62,972 nt of DNA from Methylocapsa sp. GTDB lineage: Bacteria > Pseudomonadota > Alphaproteobacteria > Rhizobiales > Beijerinckiaceae. This document shows positions 33,208 to 42,717 of this stretch, in pieces. A model generated the notes under the pieces. It ran no database searches, was not told the DNA's origin, and worked only from the letters and a program-made list of their open reading frames with translations. Position 1 is the stretch's first letter; every line of letters begins with the position of its first letter. The DNA lies in assembly GCA_043739325.1 (NCBI GenBank), contig JAYUFK010000270.1, positions 1-62,972 on the forward strand, read 5' to 3'. A program made the translations under genes and the position numbers.

Positions 33208-33831
33208 ATGGCCGAGAAGCCCAAGCCGCCACGCCAGATCGACCCCATTCGCCACGCGGACGGGCGCTGCCGCTGCCCGTGGCCGAGCCTCGACTCGCTT
33301 TATGTCGCGTATCACGACACGGAATGGGGAAAGCCGGAGCGCGACGACCGCGCGTTGTTTGAAAAACTCATTCTCGACGGCTTTCAGGCCGGACTTTCGT
33401 GGATCACGATTTTGCGCAAGCGCGATGCGTTTCGCGCCGCTTTCGATGGCTTCAAACCCGAGAAGATCGCGCGCTACAGGCCGGCGCAAATCGAGGCGCT
33501 GATGCGGGACGCCGGCATCGTGCGCAATCGCGCCAAGATCGAGGCGGCAATCGCGCTGGCGAAGATCTATCTCGATCTTCAAGGACGCGAGGGTTTTGCC
33601 AAATACATCTGGGGCTTTGTCGACGGGCGACCGATTCAGGGAAAGCGCAACAGCATGGGCGACATCCCCGCGCAGACAGATCTGTCCGTCGCGCTGGGCA
33701 AGGATCTGCGTCAGCGCGGCGCAAATTTTGTTGGACCGACCATCGTCTACGCCTTCATGCAGGCGACCGGCATTGTCAACGATCATCTCACCGGCTGCTA
33801 TCGTTGCGCCGAATGCGCGGCGCTGGCCTGA
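33208..33831 (+). CDS. tag: DNA-3-methyladenine glycosylase I
   Basis: RCPW, YHDTEWG, FQAGLSWITIL, IVRNRAKI, FVGPTIVYAFMQATGIVNDH. Confidence 0.93.
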   Translation: MAEKPKPPRQIDPIRHADGRCRCPWPSLDSLYVAYHDTEWGKPERDDRALFEKLILDGFQAGLSWITILRKRDAFRAAFDGFKPEKIARYRPAQIEALMRDAGIVRNRAKIEAAIALAKIYLDLQGREGFAKYIWGFVDGRPIQGKRNSMGDIPAQTDLSVALGKDLRQRGANFVGPTIVYAFMQATGIVNDHLTGCYRCAECAALA

Positions 33832-34448
33832 TGCGCGCAAAAACCAGCCCGCGCGCGTGGCAGCGCATGTTGTCGGGCCGACGGCTCGATCTCATCGACC
33901 CCTCGCCGCTCGACATCGAAATCAGCGATATCGCGCATGGTCTGGCGCGCGTTGCGCGCTGGAATGGCCAGACGCATGGCCCGGAGATATTTTCCGTCGC
34001 GCAGCATTCGTTGCTGGTCGAGGCGCTGTTTGGCGCGCTGGCGCCAGAATGCAACAGACAGGCGCGCCTCGCTGCCCTACTGCATGACGCGCCGGAGTAT
34101 GTCATCGGCGACATGATCTCGCCGTTCAAGGCGGCGATCGGCGGCGACTACAAGCGGATCGAGGAACGGCTGCAGGCAGCCACGCATATGCGCTTTGGTC
34201 TGCCGGCAAAGACGTCTGCGGAAATAGCGGCGCAAATCAAGAATGCCGACCGCGCCGCCGCCTATTTCGAGGCAACGAAACTCGCCGGCTTCGCGATTGC
34301 CGAGGCGCAAAAACTGTTCGGCGCCCCCAAAATTGCGCCGCGTGCGATTGCGGACTATCTGACAGCGATGCAGCCGGGCGAAGCGCAGGAGCTGTTCTTG
34401 CGCCGTTTCGCCGACCTGTTCGACGAAACCCACGCCCTGGCGTTTTGA
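33831..34448 (+). CDS. HD-family hydrolase (YfbR-like)
   Basis: DIAHGLARVARWNG, SVAQHS, LLHDAPEY; TGATG coupling to tag. Confidence 0.88.
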   Translation: MRAKTSPRAWQRMLSGRRLDLIDPSPLDIEISDIAHGLARVARWNGQTHGPEIFSVAQHSLLVEALFGALAPECNRQARLAALLHDAPEYVIGDMISPFKAAIGGDYKRIEERLQAATHMRFGLPAKTSAEIAAQIKNADRAAAYFEATKLAGFAIAEAQKLFGAPKIAPRAIADYLTAMQPGEAQELFLRRFADLFDETHALAF

Positions 34449-34461
34449 AACGAGTTTGAAT

Positions 34462-34974
34462 ATGCCGCGTCTCCACGTTTGTTCGCTCTCTCTGATCGGC
34501 GCTAAAGTCGAGGAAACCGGCGCCCGCCGGCTTGTGACCCTGCTCAGCACGGGCACGCATGTCGAGCGTCCCCGCGCCATCGCCCCGGAACATCATCTGT
34601 ATATCGCCATGTCCGATATCGTTGAGCCGGCGGTCGGTCAGATCGTGCCCGGCAAGCGCCATGTGCGAACGCTGCTCGAATTTGTCCGCGACTGGAATCG
34701 CGCCGAGCCGATGCTGATCCATTGCTTCGCTGGAGTCAGTCGCTCCACCGCCGCCGCCTTCATCGCCGCCTGCGCGCTCAATCCGTCGCGCAGCGAAGCC
34801 GAGATCGCGCGCGCCATTCGCGCTGCTTCGCCAACCGCGACGCCCAATTCGCGCCTCGTCGCGCTAGGCGACGCGATTCTTGAACGCGACGGTCGCATGA
34901 GCGCCGCGATTGAAGCGATCGGACGCGGCGAGGAATGTTTTGAGGGCGTGCCGTTCGCGCTGGAATTGGCGTAA
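34462..34974 (+). CDS. protein-tyrosine phosphatase family protein
   Basis: HCFAGVSRS (CX5R) motif. Confidence 0.88.
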   Translation: MPRLHVCSLSLIGAKVEETGARRLVTLLSTGTHVERPRAIAPEHHLYIAMSDIVEPAVGQIVPGKRHVRTLLEFVRDWNRAEPMLIHCFAGVSRSTAAAFIAACALNPSRSEAEIARAIRAASPTATPNSRLVALGDAILERDGRMSAAIEAIGRGEECFEGVPFALELA

Positions 34975-34998
34975 GCCGTCGACACTGCGCCCGCAGTT

Positions 34999-35442
34999 TC
35001 AGCCAAGCCGCTTGGTCATCTTCCAGTGCGGGATTGTCACTCCAATAAAGCCTTCGCCGTACGCGGCGTATCCGGCCTTCTGGTAGAACCCCAGCGCGCT
35101 CTCGCGGGCATGGAGCGTGATCTGCCTGTATCCGCGAGAGCGCGCCAGAGTTTCCGCGAAATGCAGAATCTCGCGGCCAATATTGTGGCCGCGATGTTCC
35201 GGATCGACGACCATTTGGCGAAGTTTCAGCTTGGCCTCCCCGGATGAATTATCGGGAGTCAACACGACGCAACCAACAAGCGCGCCATCGAGATAGCAGC
35301 CAATATGAATATCTGATTGCTCCGCCTTGAGTTGCTCCGCAGTGAAATCCAGGCCGAGCGGCGCGCGCAGGACGCGACGGCGCAAATCGACAATCGTCTG
35401 GTATCGCAAAGAACTGAAATCGACTTCGCGTATCTCCAGCAT
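34999..35442 (-). CDS. GNAT N-acetyltransferase
   Basis: LRQMVVDPEHRGHNIGR, LHARESALGFYQKAGY. Confidence 0.88.
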   Translation of the reverse strand: MLEIREVDFSSLRYQTIVDLRRRVLRAPLGLDFTAEQLKAEQSDIHIGCYLDGALVGCVVLTPDNSSGEAKLKLRQMVVDPEHRGHNIGREILHFAETLARSRGYRQITLHARESALGFYQKAGYAAYGEGFIGVTIPHWKMTKRLG

Positions 35443-35565
35443 ATTCCCTGCCTGATCCGGATATTCGTCACGCAATCATACTCGGCCCCCCAATTCTCAG
35501 GCTGTCGCGGCGAACGGCGGCCAAGAGAGCGACTCGATTGCCTCGCCACGCCCGGCCAAAATTGC

Positions 35566-36414
35566 CTACAACATCGCCAGCGGCGATTTACTTCTTGGCG
35601 GCGCGAACGCGCGATCGAGCGCGGTCAGATCACCCGCGTCGAGGCGCAATTCCAGAGCTGCGCGGTTTGCTTCGACATGCGCAAGCGTCGCGGCCTTGGG
35701 GATGACCATCATGTTGGACCGCTTCAGCAGCCACGCCAGCGCGATCTGAAACACCGAGGCGTCGTGGCGTTGCGCCACCTCAAGCAGCGGTCCCGATTTC
35801 GGCAGCCTCCCCTGCTCGATCGGGCTGTACGCCATCCCGGGAACCTTGCGCCGCGCCAACCATGGCAAGAGATCGAATTCCGGACCTCGGCGCTCCAGAT
35901 TGAACAGGATCTGATTGGCCGCGCATGTCGTTCCGCCGACCGCCCAAAGCTCCTCCATATCGTCGACGTCGAAATTGCTGACGCCCCAGTGACGGATTTT
36001 GCCCTGGCGCTGCAATTCCAGCATTCCGTCGATCGTCTGCTTGAGCGGGATCGAGCCGCGCCAATGCAGGAGATAAAGATCGAGCCGATCGGTCGTCAGC
36101 CGCTTCAAGCTGCTCTCACAAGCCCGGCGCAAGCCTGCGCCGCCGGCGTTCTGCGGATAGACTTTGCTGACCAGAAAAACCTTGTCGCGCAATCCGTCCA
36201 GCGCCTGCGCCAGCATGCGCTCGGCGCCGCCGTCGCCATACATCTCGGCGGTGTCGATGAGCGTCAGGCCGAGTTCGACGCCGCGGCGGATCGCCGCGAC
36301 TTCAGTTTGCAATTCAGCGGCGCGCTCGCCCATCCGCCAGGTGCCCTGTCCAAGCTTCGCAACGCGCTCGCCGTTGAGCAGCACGATTGTCGGCGGGGCT
36401 GTCGTCGGAGACAT
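35566..36414 (-). CDS. aldo/keto reductase
   Basis: GQGTW, IDTAEMYG, LVSKV, DLYLLHW, GVSNF, IPKA. Confidence 0.92.
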   Translation of the reverse strand: MSPTTAPPTIVLLNGERVAKLGQGTWRMGERAAELQTEVAAIRRGVELGLTLIDTAEMYGDGGAERMLAQALDGLRDKVFLVSKVYPQNAGGAGLRRACESSLKRLTTDRLDLYLLHWRGSIPLKQTIDGMLELQRQGKIRHWGVSNFDVDDMEELWAVGGTTCAANQILFNLERRGPEFDLLPWLARRKVPGMAYSPIEQGRLPKSGPLLEVAQRHDASVFQIALAWLLKRSNMMVIPKAATLAHVEANRAALELRLDAGDLTALDRAFAPPRSKSPLAML

Positions 36415-36685
36415 CAATGACCTCTCAATCGCCCGGGCAGGTTGGCGCAATTGCTGGCGCCCGACGCGTCGAATCTGGCGCCAAAACCGGTCGACCACAA
36501 GATCATCCCGGCCTTGCGCTCACGCCGTCCGAATCCGCCCCGATTCCTTGAAATATATAAGTCGGTCGGATAGAATATTAGCCGATTTGCTTGCCTCGGC
36601 CGTCACTGGCATGTTAGCTTTCACGCGGCCGTTTCGCCCGACAAAAGTCAGGCGCCATCTTGAGCCGAATATGGGAGGATCCCTA

Positions 36686-37648
36686 GTGAAGAAGCTTCTA
36701 TTCGCGACCGCCATTGCCTCTATCGCAGCCCTCAGCGCCCCGGTTTTCGCCGCTGACGCCCCGACCATCCCCATCATCGTAAAGGACACGACTTCGTTCT
36801 ACTGGCAGATCGTTCTCGCTGGCGCGCGCAAAGCCGGCAAGGACCTTGGCGTCAACGTTCCGGAACTCGGCGCACAGTCCGAATCCGACATCAACGGCCA
36901 GATATCGATCCTCGAAAACGCCGTCGCCGGCAAGCCCGCCGCCGTCGTGATTTCACCGACCGAGTTCAAGGCGCTCGGCAAGCCGATCGACGAAGCGGCC
37001 AAGAAGACCAAGATCATCGGCATCGACTCAGGCGCCGATTCGAAGGCGTTTACCTCCTTCCTGACGACAGACAACGTAGCGGGCGGACGTATCGCCGCGG
37101 ACGGTCTGGCCGAGGCGATCACCGCCAAGTACGGCAAGGCGGAAGGCGATGTGGCGCTCATCACGTCGCTGCCGGGCGTCGGTTCGCTCGATCAGCGCGC
37201 CAAGGGCTTCAAGGAACAGCTCGCCGCCAAGTATCCCGGCCTGAAACTCGTCGCCGACAAAGTGGCGGACGGCCAGGCGACGACTGGTCTCAACATCATG
37301 ACCGACCTGATCACCGCCAACCCGAACCTGCGCGGCGTCTTCGCCTCGAACCTGATCATGGCTCAGGGCGCCGGCCAGGCGATCGCGGAGAACAAGAAGG
37401 CCGACACGATCAAGGTGATCGGCTTCGATTCCGACGACAAACTGGTGAAGTTCCTCGGCGACGGCACTCTCTACGCGCTCGTCGTTCAGGATCCCTATCG
37501 CATGGGCTATGACGGCATCAAGACCGCTCTCGCCGCTTCCAAGGGCGAGAAGGTCGACGCCAACGTCGACACCGGCGCAAACCTGATCACCAAGGCCAAC
37601 ATGGGCGGCGAGAAGCAGAGCGCCTTGCTGAACCCGAAGGTCAAGTAA
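36686..37648 (+). CDS. sugar ABC transporter substrate-binding protein (RbsB-like)
   Basis: GTG start after GGAGG, signal peptide, TDNVAGG, IGFD, QDPYRMGY. Confidence 0.9.
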   Translation: MKKLLFATAIASIAALSAPVFAADAPTIPIIVKDTTSFYWQIVLAGARKAGKDLGVNVPELGAQSESDINGQISILENAVAGKPAAVVISPTEFKALGKPIDEAAKKTKIIGIDSGADSKAFTSFLTTDNVAGGRIAADGLAEAITAKYGKAEGDVALITSLPGVGSLDQRAKGFKEQLAAKYPGLKLVADKVADGQATTGLNIMTDLITANPNLRGVFASNLIMAQGAGQAIAENKKADTIKVIGFDSDDKLVKFLGDGTLYALVVQDPYRMGYDGIKTALAASKGEKVDANVDTGANLITKANMGGEKQSALLNPKVK

Positions 37649-37689
37649 TAGACTGACGAGAAGCCGATCCGTCAGATTCGCGAGGCGCG

Positions 37690-39228
37690 ATGCAAACGCA
37701 GACATCTCCCGAATCTTCGACGGCTATGAATATCAGCGGGGCGGCCAACGCCGCTCCGCTGCTCTCTCTAAAAAATCTCGATAAGCGCTTTGGCGCGACC
37801 CATGCGCTGAAAGCCGTCGATCTCGAATTCGAGCAAGGCGAAATCCACGCCATCGTCGGGGAAAACGGCGCCGGCAAGTCGACGCTCATCAAAGTGCTGA
37901 CGGGCGTCCATCCGCGCACCAGCGGAGAAGTATACTGGCGCGGCCGGGCCGTGGCGCTGGCCAGTCCGCACGAAGCGATCGGGCTTGGCATCAACGCCGT
38001 GCATCAGGAGGTCGTGCTGTGCCGTCACCTGACAGTGGCGGCCAATATTTTTCTCGGCGACGAACACACCAACGGCGGATTGCTCAAGCACGCCGCGATG
38101 GTGAAGGAGGCGCAGGCGCTTCTCGACGATCTGGGCTTCGACCTGCCAGCAGGCGCGGTGCTTTCGTCGCTTACCATCGGGCAGCAGCAGCTTGTCGCCA
38201 CGGCCCGCGCCGAACGGCGCGGCGCGAAATTTCTCATCTTCGACGAACCGACGGCGTATCTGACGCGCCAGGAAGCCGCGGCGCTGTTCAAGCTGATCCG
38301 GCGGTTGAAAGCCAATGGCGTCACGATCGTTTATATCAGCCATCGACTTGAGGAAGTCTTCGAACTCGCCGATCGCGTTTCCGTGCTGCGCGACGGCGCG
38401 CTGGTCGCCACATTGCGTATTGCCGACACCAACGAAAATGCGCTGATCGCCTTGATGATCAATCGCTCGATCGAGCAGATTTATCACAAGGACAAAGTGC
38501 CGCTCGGCGAAACAATCTTTGAGACAAAGGGCCTCAGCGGCAAAGGCTTCAACGACATATCGCTGAGCGTGCGCGAGGGCGAGATTGTCGGCCTGTACGG
38601 CCTTATTGGCGCGGGCCGAAGCGAATTCGTGCAAAGCGTGTTCGGGCGTTTCCCCGCGTCCTCGGGCGAGATCACCTGGAAGGGCGAGAAGGTCCGGATC
38701 CGCAGCGAACGCGACGCAATGAACCTCGGCATCGCGCTTGCTCCGGAAAGCCGCAGGGATCAGGGCCTCTGCCTCAATCTCGGCGTCGGCTTCAACCTCA
38801 ACCTGCCGATTTTCGATCGCCTGACGATGGGCCCGATCATCAACCTTCGAAAAGAGGCCCGCAGCGCCGACCAGCAGATTCGCAACGTGCAGATAAAGAC
38901 CGCGTCGCGCGCCGCCAACGCATCGAGCCTGTCGGGCGGCAATCAACAGAAAATCGTGATCGGCAAATGGCTCAATCACGGCGCCAAGCTTTTCATCTTC
39001 GACGAGCCAACGGTCGGCGTCGACGTTGGCACGAAGGCCGAAATCTATCGCCTGCTTGGCAAACTTCTGCAGCAACGCGCCGGCATTATCATGATCTCGT
39101 CCTACTTGCCGGAAGTCTATGAACTGGCCGATGCGCTGCACGTGTTCAGACGCGGCAAGCTTGTCGCCACCCACGGCTATAAGGATGCCACGCATGAGGC
39201 GGTCTTGACCGAGGCGATCGGCGTGTAG
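37690..39228 (+). CDS. sugar ABC transporter ATPase (two ABC domains)
   Basis: GENGAGKST, DEPT, YISHRL, LSGGNQQK. Confidence 0.93.
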   Translation: MQTQTSPESSTAMNISGAANAAPLLSLKNLDKRFGATHALKAVDLEFEQGEIHAIVGENGAGKSTLIKVLTGVHPRTSGEVYWRGRAVALASPHEAIGLGINAVHQEVVLCRHLTVAANIFLGDEHTNGGLLKHAAMVKEAQALLDDLGFDLPAGAVLSSLTIGQQQLVATARAERRGAKFLIFDEPTAYLTRQEAAALFKLIRRLKANGVTIVYISHRLEEVFELADRVSVLRDGALVATLRIADTNENALIALMINRSIEQIYHKDKVPLGETIFETKGLSGKGFNDISLSVREGEIVGLYGLIGAGRSEFVQSVFGRFPASSGEITWKGEKVRIRSERDAMNLGIALAPESRRDQGLCLNLGVGFNLNLPIFDRLTMGPIINLRKEARSADQQIRNVQIKTASRAANASSLSGGNQQKIVIGKWLNHGAKLFIFDEPTVGVDVGTKAEIYRLLGKLLQQRAGIIMISSYLPEVYELADALHVFRRGKLVATHGYKDATHEAVLTEAIGV

Positions 39229-39299
39229 CGCTATTGGTCGAGACCGGAAGAAATAACAGGCGCAGCAAAAAGCGCGACTTGGCGCTGGGGAATCATCGG

Positions 39300-40331
39300 A
39301 TGAGCGTTCAAGATGCGACAGTCGTCAAGAAGAGCGGCACGAACTTCAGCGGCCTGCTTGGCCTGACGCTTCTAGCGCTTCTCGCGGTGATGTGGATCGC
39401 GCTCAGCTTCAAGACGCAGACGTTTTGGACATCCAACAACATGGCCAACCTGCTGCGCCAGGGCTCCATGATCGCCATACTCGCCATCGGCGAGACCTTC
39501 GTCATCATCACCGCCGGCATCGACCTGTCCGTCGGCGCCGTCGCCGGCTTCACCAGCATGTTCGTCGCGCTGTTGCTGACGTCGGGCGACTGGTTGACCG
39601 CGCATAGTCTAGGCTTTCTCGCCAGCATCCCCGGCGCGATCATCCTGACCTTGCTGATTGGCGTTTCGATCGGCTTGTTTCACGCCTTCGGCATTGTGCA
39701 GATGGGACTGCCGCCGTTCATCATGACGCTGGCGACAATGTACGCGTTGCGCGGCATCGGCCTGCTCATCACCAATGGCGCCACAATCTCCATCACCAAC
39801 GACGCTTTCACCGGATTCTCACGCCAGTCATTCCTCGGCTTTCCCTGGACGGACGGCACATGGTTCGAAATTCCCATCCTGTTCTGGATGGTGCTGCTGG
39901 TCGCTATTCCGGGCTACATATTTCTCAGCCACAGCCGCTGGGGTCGCTATCTCTTCGCAATCGGCTCGAACATGGAGGCGGCGCGCCTGTCGGGCGTCAA
40001 TGTCGCATATATCACCTACATCGCTTTCATCCTGTCGTCATTCTGCGCCGCCTTCGTCGGCATCCTGCTGGCGATGCGTATCGGCATCGGCAATCCGACG
40101 CAGGCCGAGGGCTGGGAACTGCAAGCCATCGCCTCGTCGGTGATCGGCGGCACCAGCTTGTTTGGCGCGGTCGGGTCGATCCACGGCCCCGTCATCGGCT
40201 CGTTTATCCTGACGACGATCAACAATGGCGCCAACCTGATGAACCTCAATGCGTTCTGGCAACGCATCATCACCGGAGCGCTGATTATTTTGGTTGTTTA
40301 TCTCGACAGCCTGCGCCGGCAAAAGCGCTGA
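39300..40331 (+). CDS. sugar ABC transporter permease
   Basis: GIDLSVG, PPFIMTL, WELQAIASSVIGGTSLFG. Confidence 0.92.
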   Translation: MSVQDATVVKKSGTNFSGLLGLTLLALLAVMWIALSFKTQTFWTSNNMANLLRQGSMIAILAIGETFVIITAGIDLSVGAVAGFTSMFVALLLTSGDWLTAHSLGFLASIPGAIILTLLIGVSIGLFHAFGIVQMGLPPFIMTLATMYALRGIGLLITNGATISITNDAFTGFSRQSFLGFPWTDGTWFEIPILFWMVLLVAIPGYIFLSHSRWGRYLFAIGSNMEAARLSGVNVAYITYIAFILSSFCAAFVGILLAMRIGIGNPTQAEGWELQAIASSVIGGTSLFGAVGSIHGPVIGSFILTTINNGANLMNLNAFWQRIITGALIILVVYLDSLRRQKR

Positions 40332-40361
40332 TCGCGATGGCGGTGGGCGCCTTTCGACCCC

Positions 40362-41312
40362 TTGAAGACTGCGAGCGCGCCGGATTTGCGCATTGGCCGA
40401 ACATTGGATGATCTCGCAAGCTCCGGCGACATGATCGCCGACAGCCGCTATGCCTATGCCCGCTCCGCCGCGGCGGACGGCGACTGGCGCGCGGCGGCCG
40501 AGGTGCTAGAGCAGGCGCTGGAGCGCGCGCCGAACTGGGCTAGCGCGTGGTTCTCGCTGGGCGAGGCCCGGCTGAAATTAGGCGAGACAGCCCACGCCGC
40601 AGCCGCCTTCGACGCGGCGCTGACCGCCGATCCCGCCGACACGCATGGCGCCGCCAACCATCTCGCGCTGCTGCGCGGCGGAGCACCCCACAGCGTTCCT
40701 CCGGCCTATGTCGCGCGGCTGTTTGACGATTACGCCGCGCGCTTCGATGATCACCTCGTCATCCAGCTTGGTTATCGCGGCCCGGAATTGATCGTCAGCG
40801 CGCTCGAACAAGTCGCCGGCGCGCGCCGCTTCGCGCGATGCCTCGATCTTGGCTGCGGCACGGGCCTCGCGGGCGCGGCGCTGCGCTCGCGCGTTGATGT
40901 ATTGCGGGGTGTCGATCTCTCCCCGGCGATGACCGCCAGGGCGCGCGAAAAGAACCTCTACGACCTACTGGATGTCGGCGAACTCGTCGGTTTCCTCATC
41001 GCGGGCGAACATGGAAACGCCGACCTCATCGTCGCCGCGGATGTGCTGATGTATATTGGCGATCTCGGCGCAGTCCTCGCCGCTGTGAGCCGCGCCCTGG
41101 CGCCGCGCGGCCTGTTTGTCTTCACGCTCGAAACCCACGCCGGCGATGGCGCGCGGCTCGACGCGCACTTGCGTTTCGCTCACGCGCCGGCCGGCGTTAT
41201 TGCGGAAGCAGCGAAAGTGGGGCTCGCGGTCCGCGCCGCGATTGAAGTCTCGATGCGCCGCGAAACCGGAGTGGACGTTGCCGGAATGGTCGGCGTGTTC
41301 GAGCGTGTGTGA
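40362..41312 (+). CDS. TPR-containing SAM-dependent methyltransferase
   Basis: N-terminal TPR-like helices, LFDDYAARFD, LDLGCGTG, GVDLS; start uncertain. Confidence 0.85.
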   Translation: MKTASAPDLRIGRTLDDLASSGDMIADSRYAYARSAAADGDWRAAAEVLEQALERAPNWASAWFSLGEARLKLGETAHAAAAFDAALTADPADTHGAANHLALLRGGAPHSVPPAYVARLFDDYAARFDDHLVIQLGYRGPELIVSALEQVAGARRFARCLDLGCGTGLAGAALRSRVDVLRGVDLSPAMTARAREKNLYDLLDVGELVGFLIAGEHGNADLIVAADVLMYIGDLGAVLAAVSRALAPRGLFVFTLETHAGDGARLDAHLRFAHAPAGVIAEAAKVGLAVRAAIEVSMRRETGVDVAGMVGVFERV

Positions 41313-41323
41313 GGCGGGCGACA

Positions 41324-41349
41324 CCTTCTCCCCGCTCTCGGGGCGAAGG
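41324..41349. repeat. REP-like hairpin between convergent genes
   Basis: CCTTCTCCCCG-ctct-CGGGGCGAAGG. Confidence 0.55.
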
Positions 41350-41351
41350 GC

Positions 41352-42014
41352 TCACCTTCCAACATTCTTCAGCAATTCCTCGACGCTCGGCATGATGTTG
41401 GCGACGATCCTCTCCACGCCTTCGCGCGTCGGGTGCAGCCCGTCGCGCTGATTGAGCTTGGGATCGGCCGCGACGCCTTCAAGAAAGAACGGGTAGAGCG
41501 CGACAGCGTAGGTCTTCGCGAGTTCGGGATAGATTGCGTCAAAACGCCGCTGATAGTCGGCGCCCAAATTTGGCGCCGCGCGCATTCCGGCGAGCAAAAT
41601 CGCCATCTTCGCGGACTTGGCGCGGGTCAGTATCTCGCCGAGCGCCTTCTTCGCGGCGTCGGGATCGAGACCGCGCAGCATGTCATTGGCGCCGAGTTCG
41701 ACAATCAACGCATCCGTTCCCTCCGGCGCCGCCCAGTCGAAGCGCTCTAGCCCGTCGCCCGCCGTCTCGCCCGACACGCCGGCGTTGCTGATCGCGACAT
41801 CGTATCCCTTGGCGCGCAGCGCTTTCTCCAGCACTTCGGGAAACCCCTGCCCCGGCGGCAGGCCAAGCCCCGCCGTCAGACTGTCGCCAAGCGCCACGAC
41901 ATGCAGCGTGCGCGCCTGCGCCGGCCCGACCACGACCAGCGCGGCGAAGACGGCGAGAACCGCCAACTGGACGCGCCGCAATAAATCCCCATATGAGGCG
42001 CCATACGCCGCCAT
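41352..42014 (-). CDS. tesA: GDSL arylesterase/acyl-CoA thioesterase I
   Basis: LGDSLTAG, NAGVSG, ELGAND, DGLHP; divergent from ybbA-like gene; start uncertain. Confidence 0.85.
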   Translation of the reverse strand: MAAYGASYGDLLRRVQLAVLAVFAALVVVGPAQARTLHVVALGDSLTAGLGLPPGQGFPEVLEKALRAKGYDVAISNAGVSGETAGDGLERFDWAAPEGTDALIVELGANDMLRGLDPDAAKKALGEILTRAKSAKMAILLAGMRAAPNLGADYQRRFDAIYPELAKTYAVALYPFFLEGVAADPKLNQRDGLHPTREGVERIVANIMPSVEELLKNVGR

Positions 42015-42030
42015 CTGGAATGATCCCTCA

Positions 42031-42717
42031 ATGTCCCCTGCCATTGCCATCCGCGACCTCGATCTCAGTTTGGGGCGCGGCGCGGCGCGCGTTCATATAT
42101 TGCGCAAAATCAGTCTGACAATCGCGCGTGGCGAAACTGTGGGCCTCGTCGGCCCGTCCGGCTCGGGCAAATCGACGCTGCTGATGACATTGGCGGGGCT
42201 GGAGCGCGCCGACAGCGGCACGATCGCGATCGACGGCGTCACGCTCGACAAATTGAGCGAGGACGAGCTGGCGAAGTTTCGCGGCCAGAGAATCGGCATC
42301 GTGTTTCAGGCGTTTCATCTGATCCCGACAATGACCGCGCTGGAGAATGTCGCCGCGCCGCTGGAACTGGCGAACGCGCCCGACGCCTTCGATCGCGCGC
42401 GCGCCGAACTCGCGCTAGTCGGACTTTCCGACCGCCTGTCGCACTATCCCGCGCAGCTCTCGGGCGGCGAGCAGCAGCGTGTCGCGCTGGCCCGCGCCCT
42501 CGCCCCGCAACCCTCGCTGCTGATCGCTGACGAGCCCACCGGCAATCTCGACGAAGAAACCGGCCGCGCGATCATCGAACTGTTGTTTGATCTGCCTAAG
42601 CAGCGCGGCGCAACGCTTGTGCTGGTGACGCACGATGCGTCGCTGGCGGCGCGCTGCGATCGCACGATCCGCATGCATTCCGGAATCATCGAAGCGCCAG
42701 AACCGGCCTTCGCTTGA
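42031..42717 (+). CDS. ABC transporter ATPase (YbbA-like)
   Basis: GPSGSGKST, LSGGEQQRVALARA, ADEPTGNLD. Confidence 0.9.
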   Translation: MSPAIAIRDLDLSLGRGAARVHILRKISLTIARGETVGLVGPSGSGKSTLLMTLAGLERADSGTIAIDGVTLDKLSEDELAKFRGQRIGIVFQAFHLIPTMTALENVAAPLELANAPDAFDRARAELALVGLSDRLSHYPAQLSGGEQQRVALARALAPQPSLLIADEPTGNLDEETGRAIIELLFDLPKQRGATLVLVTHDASLAARCDRTIRMHSGIIEAPEPAFA

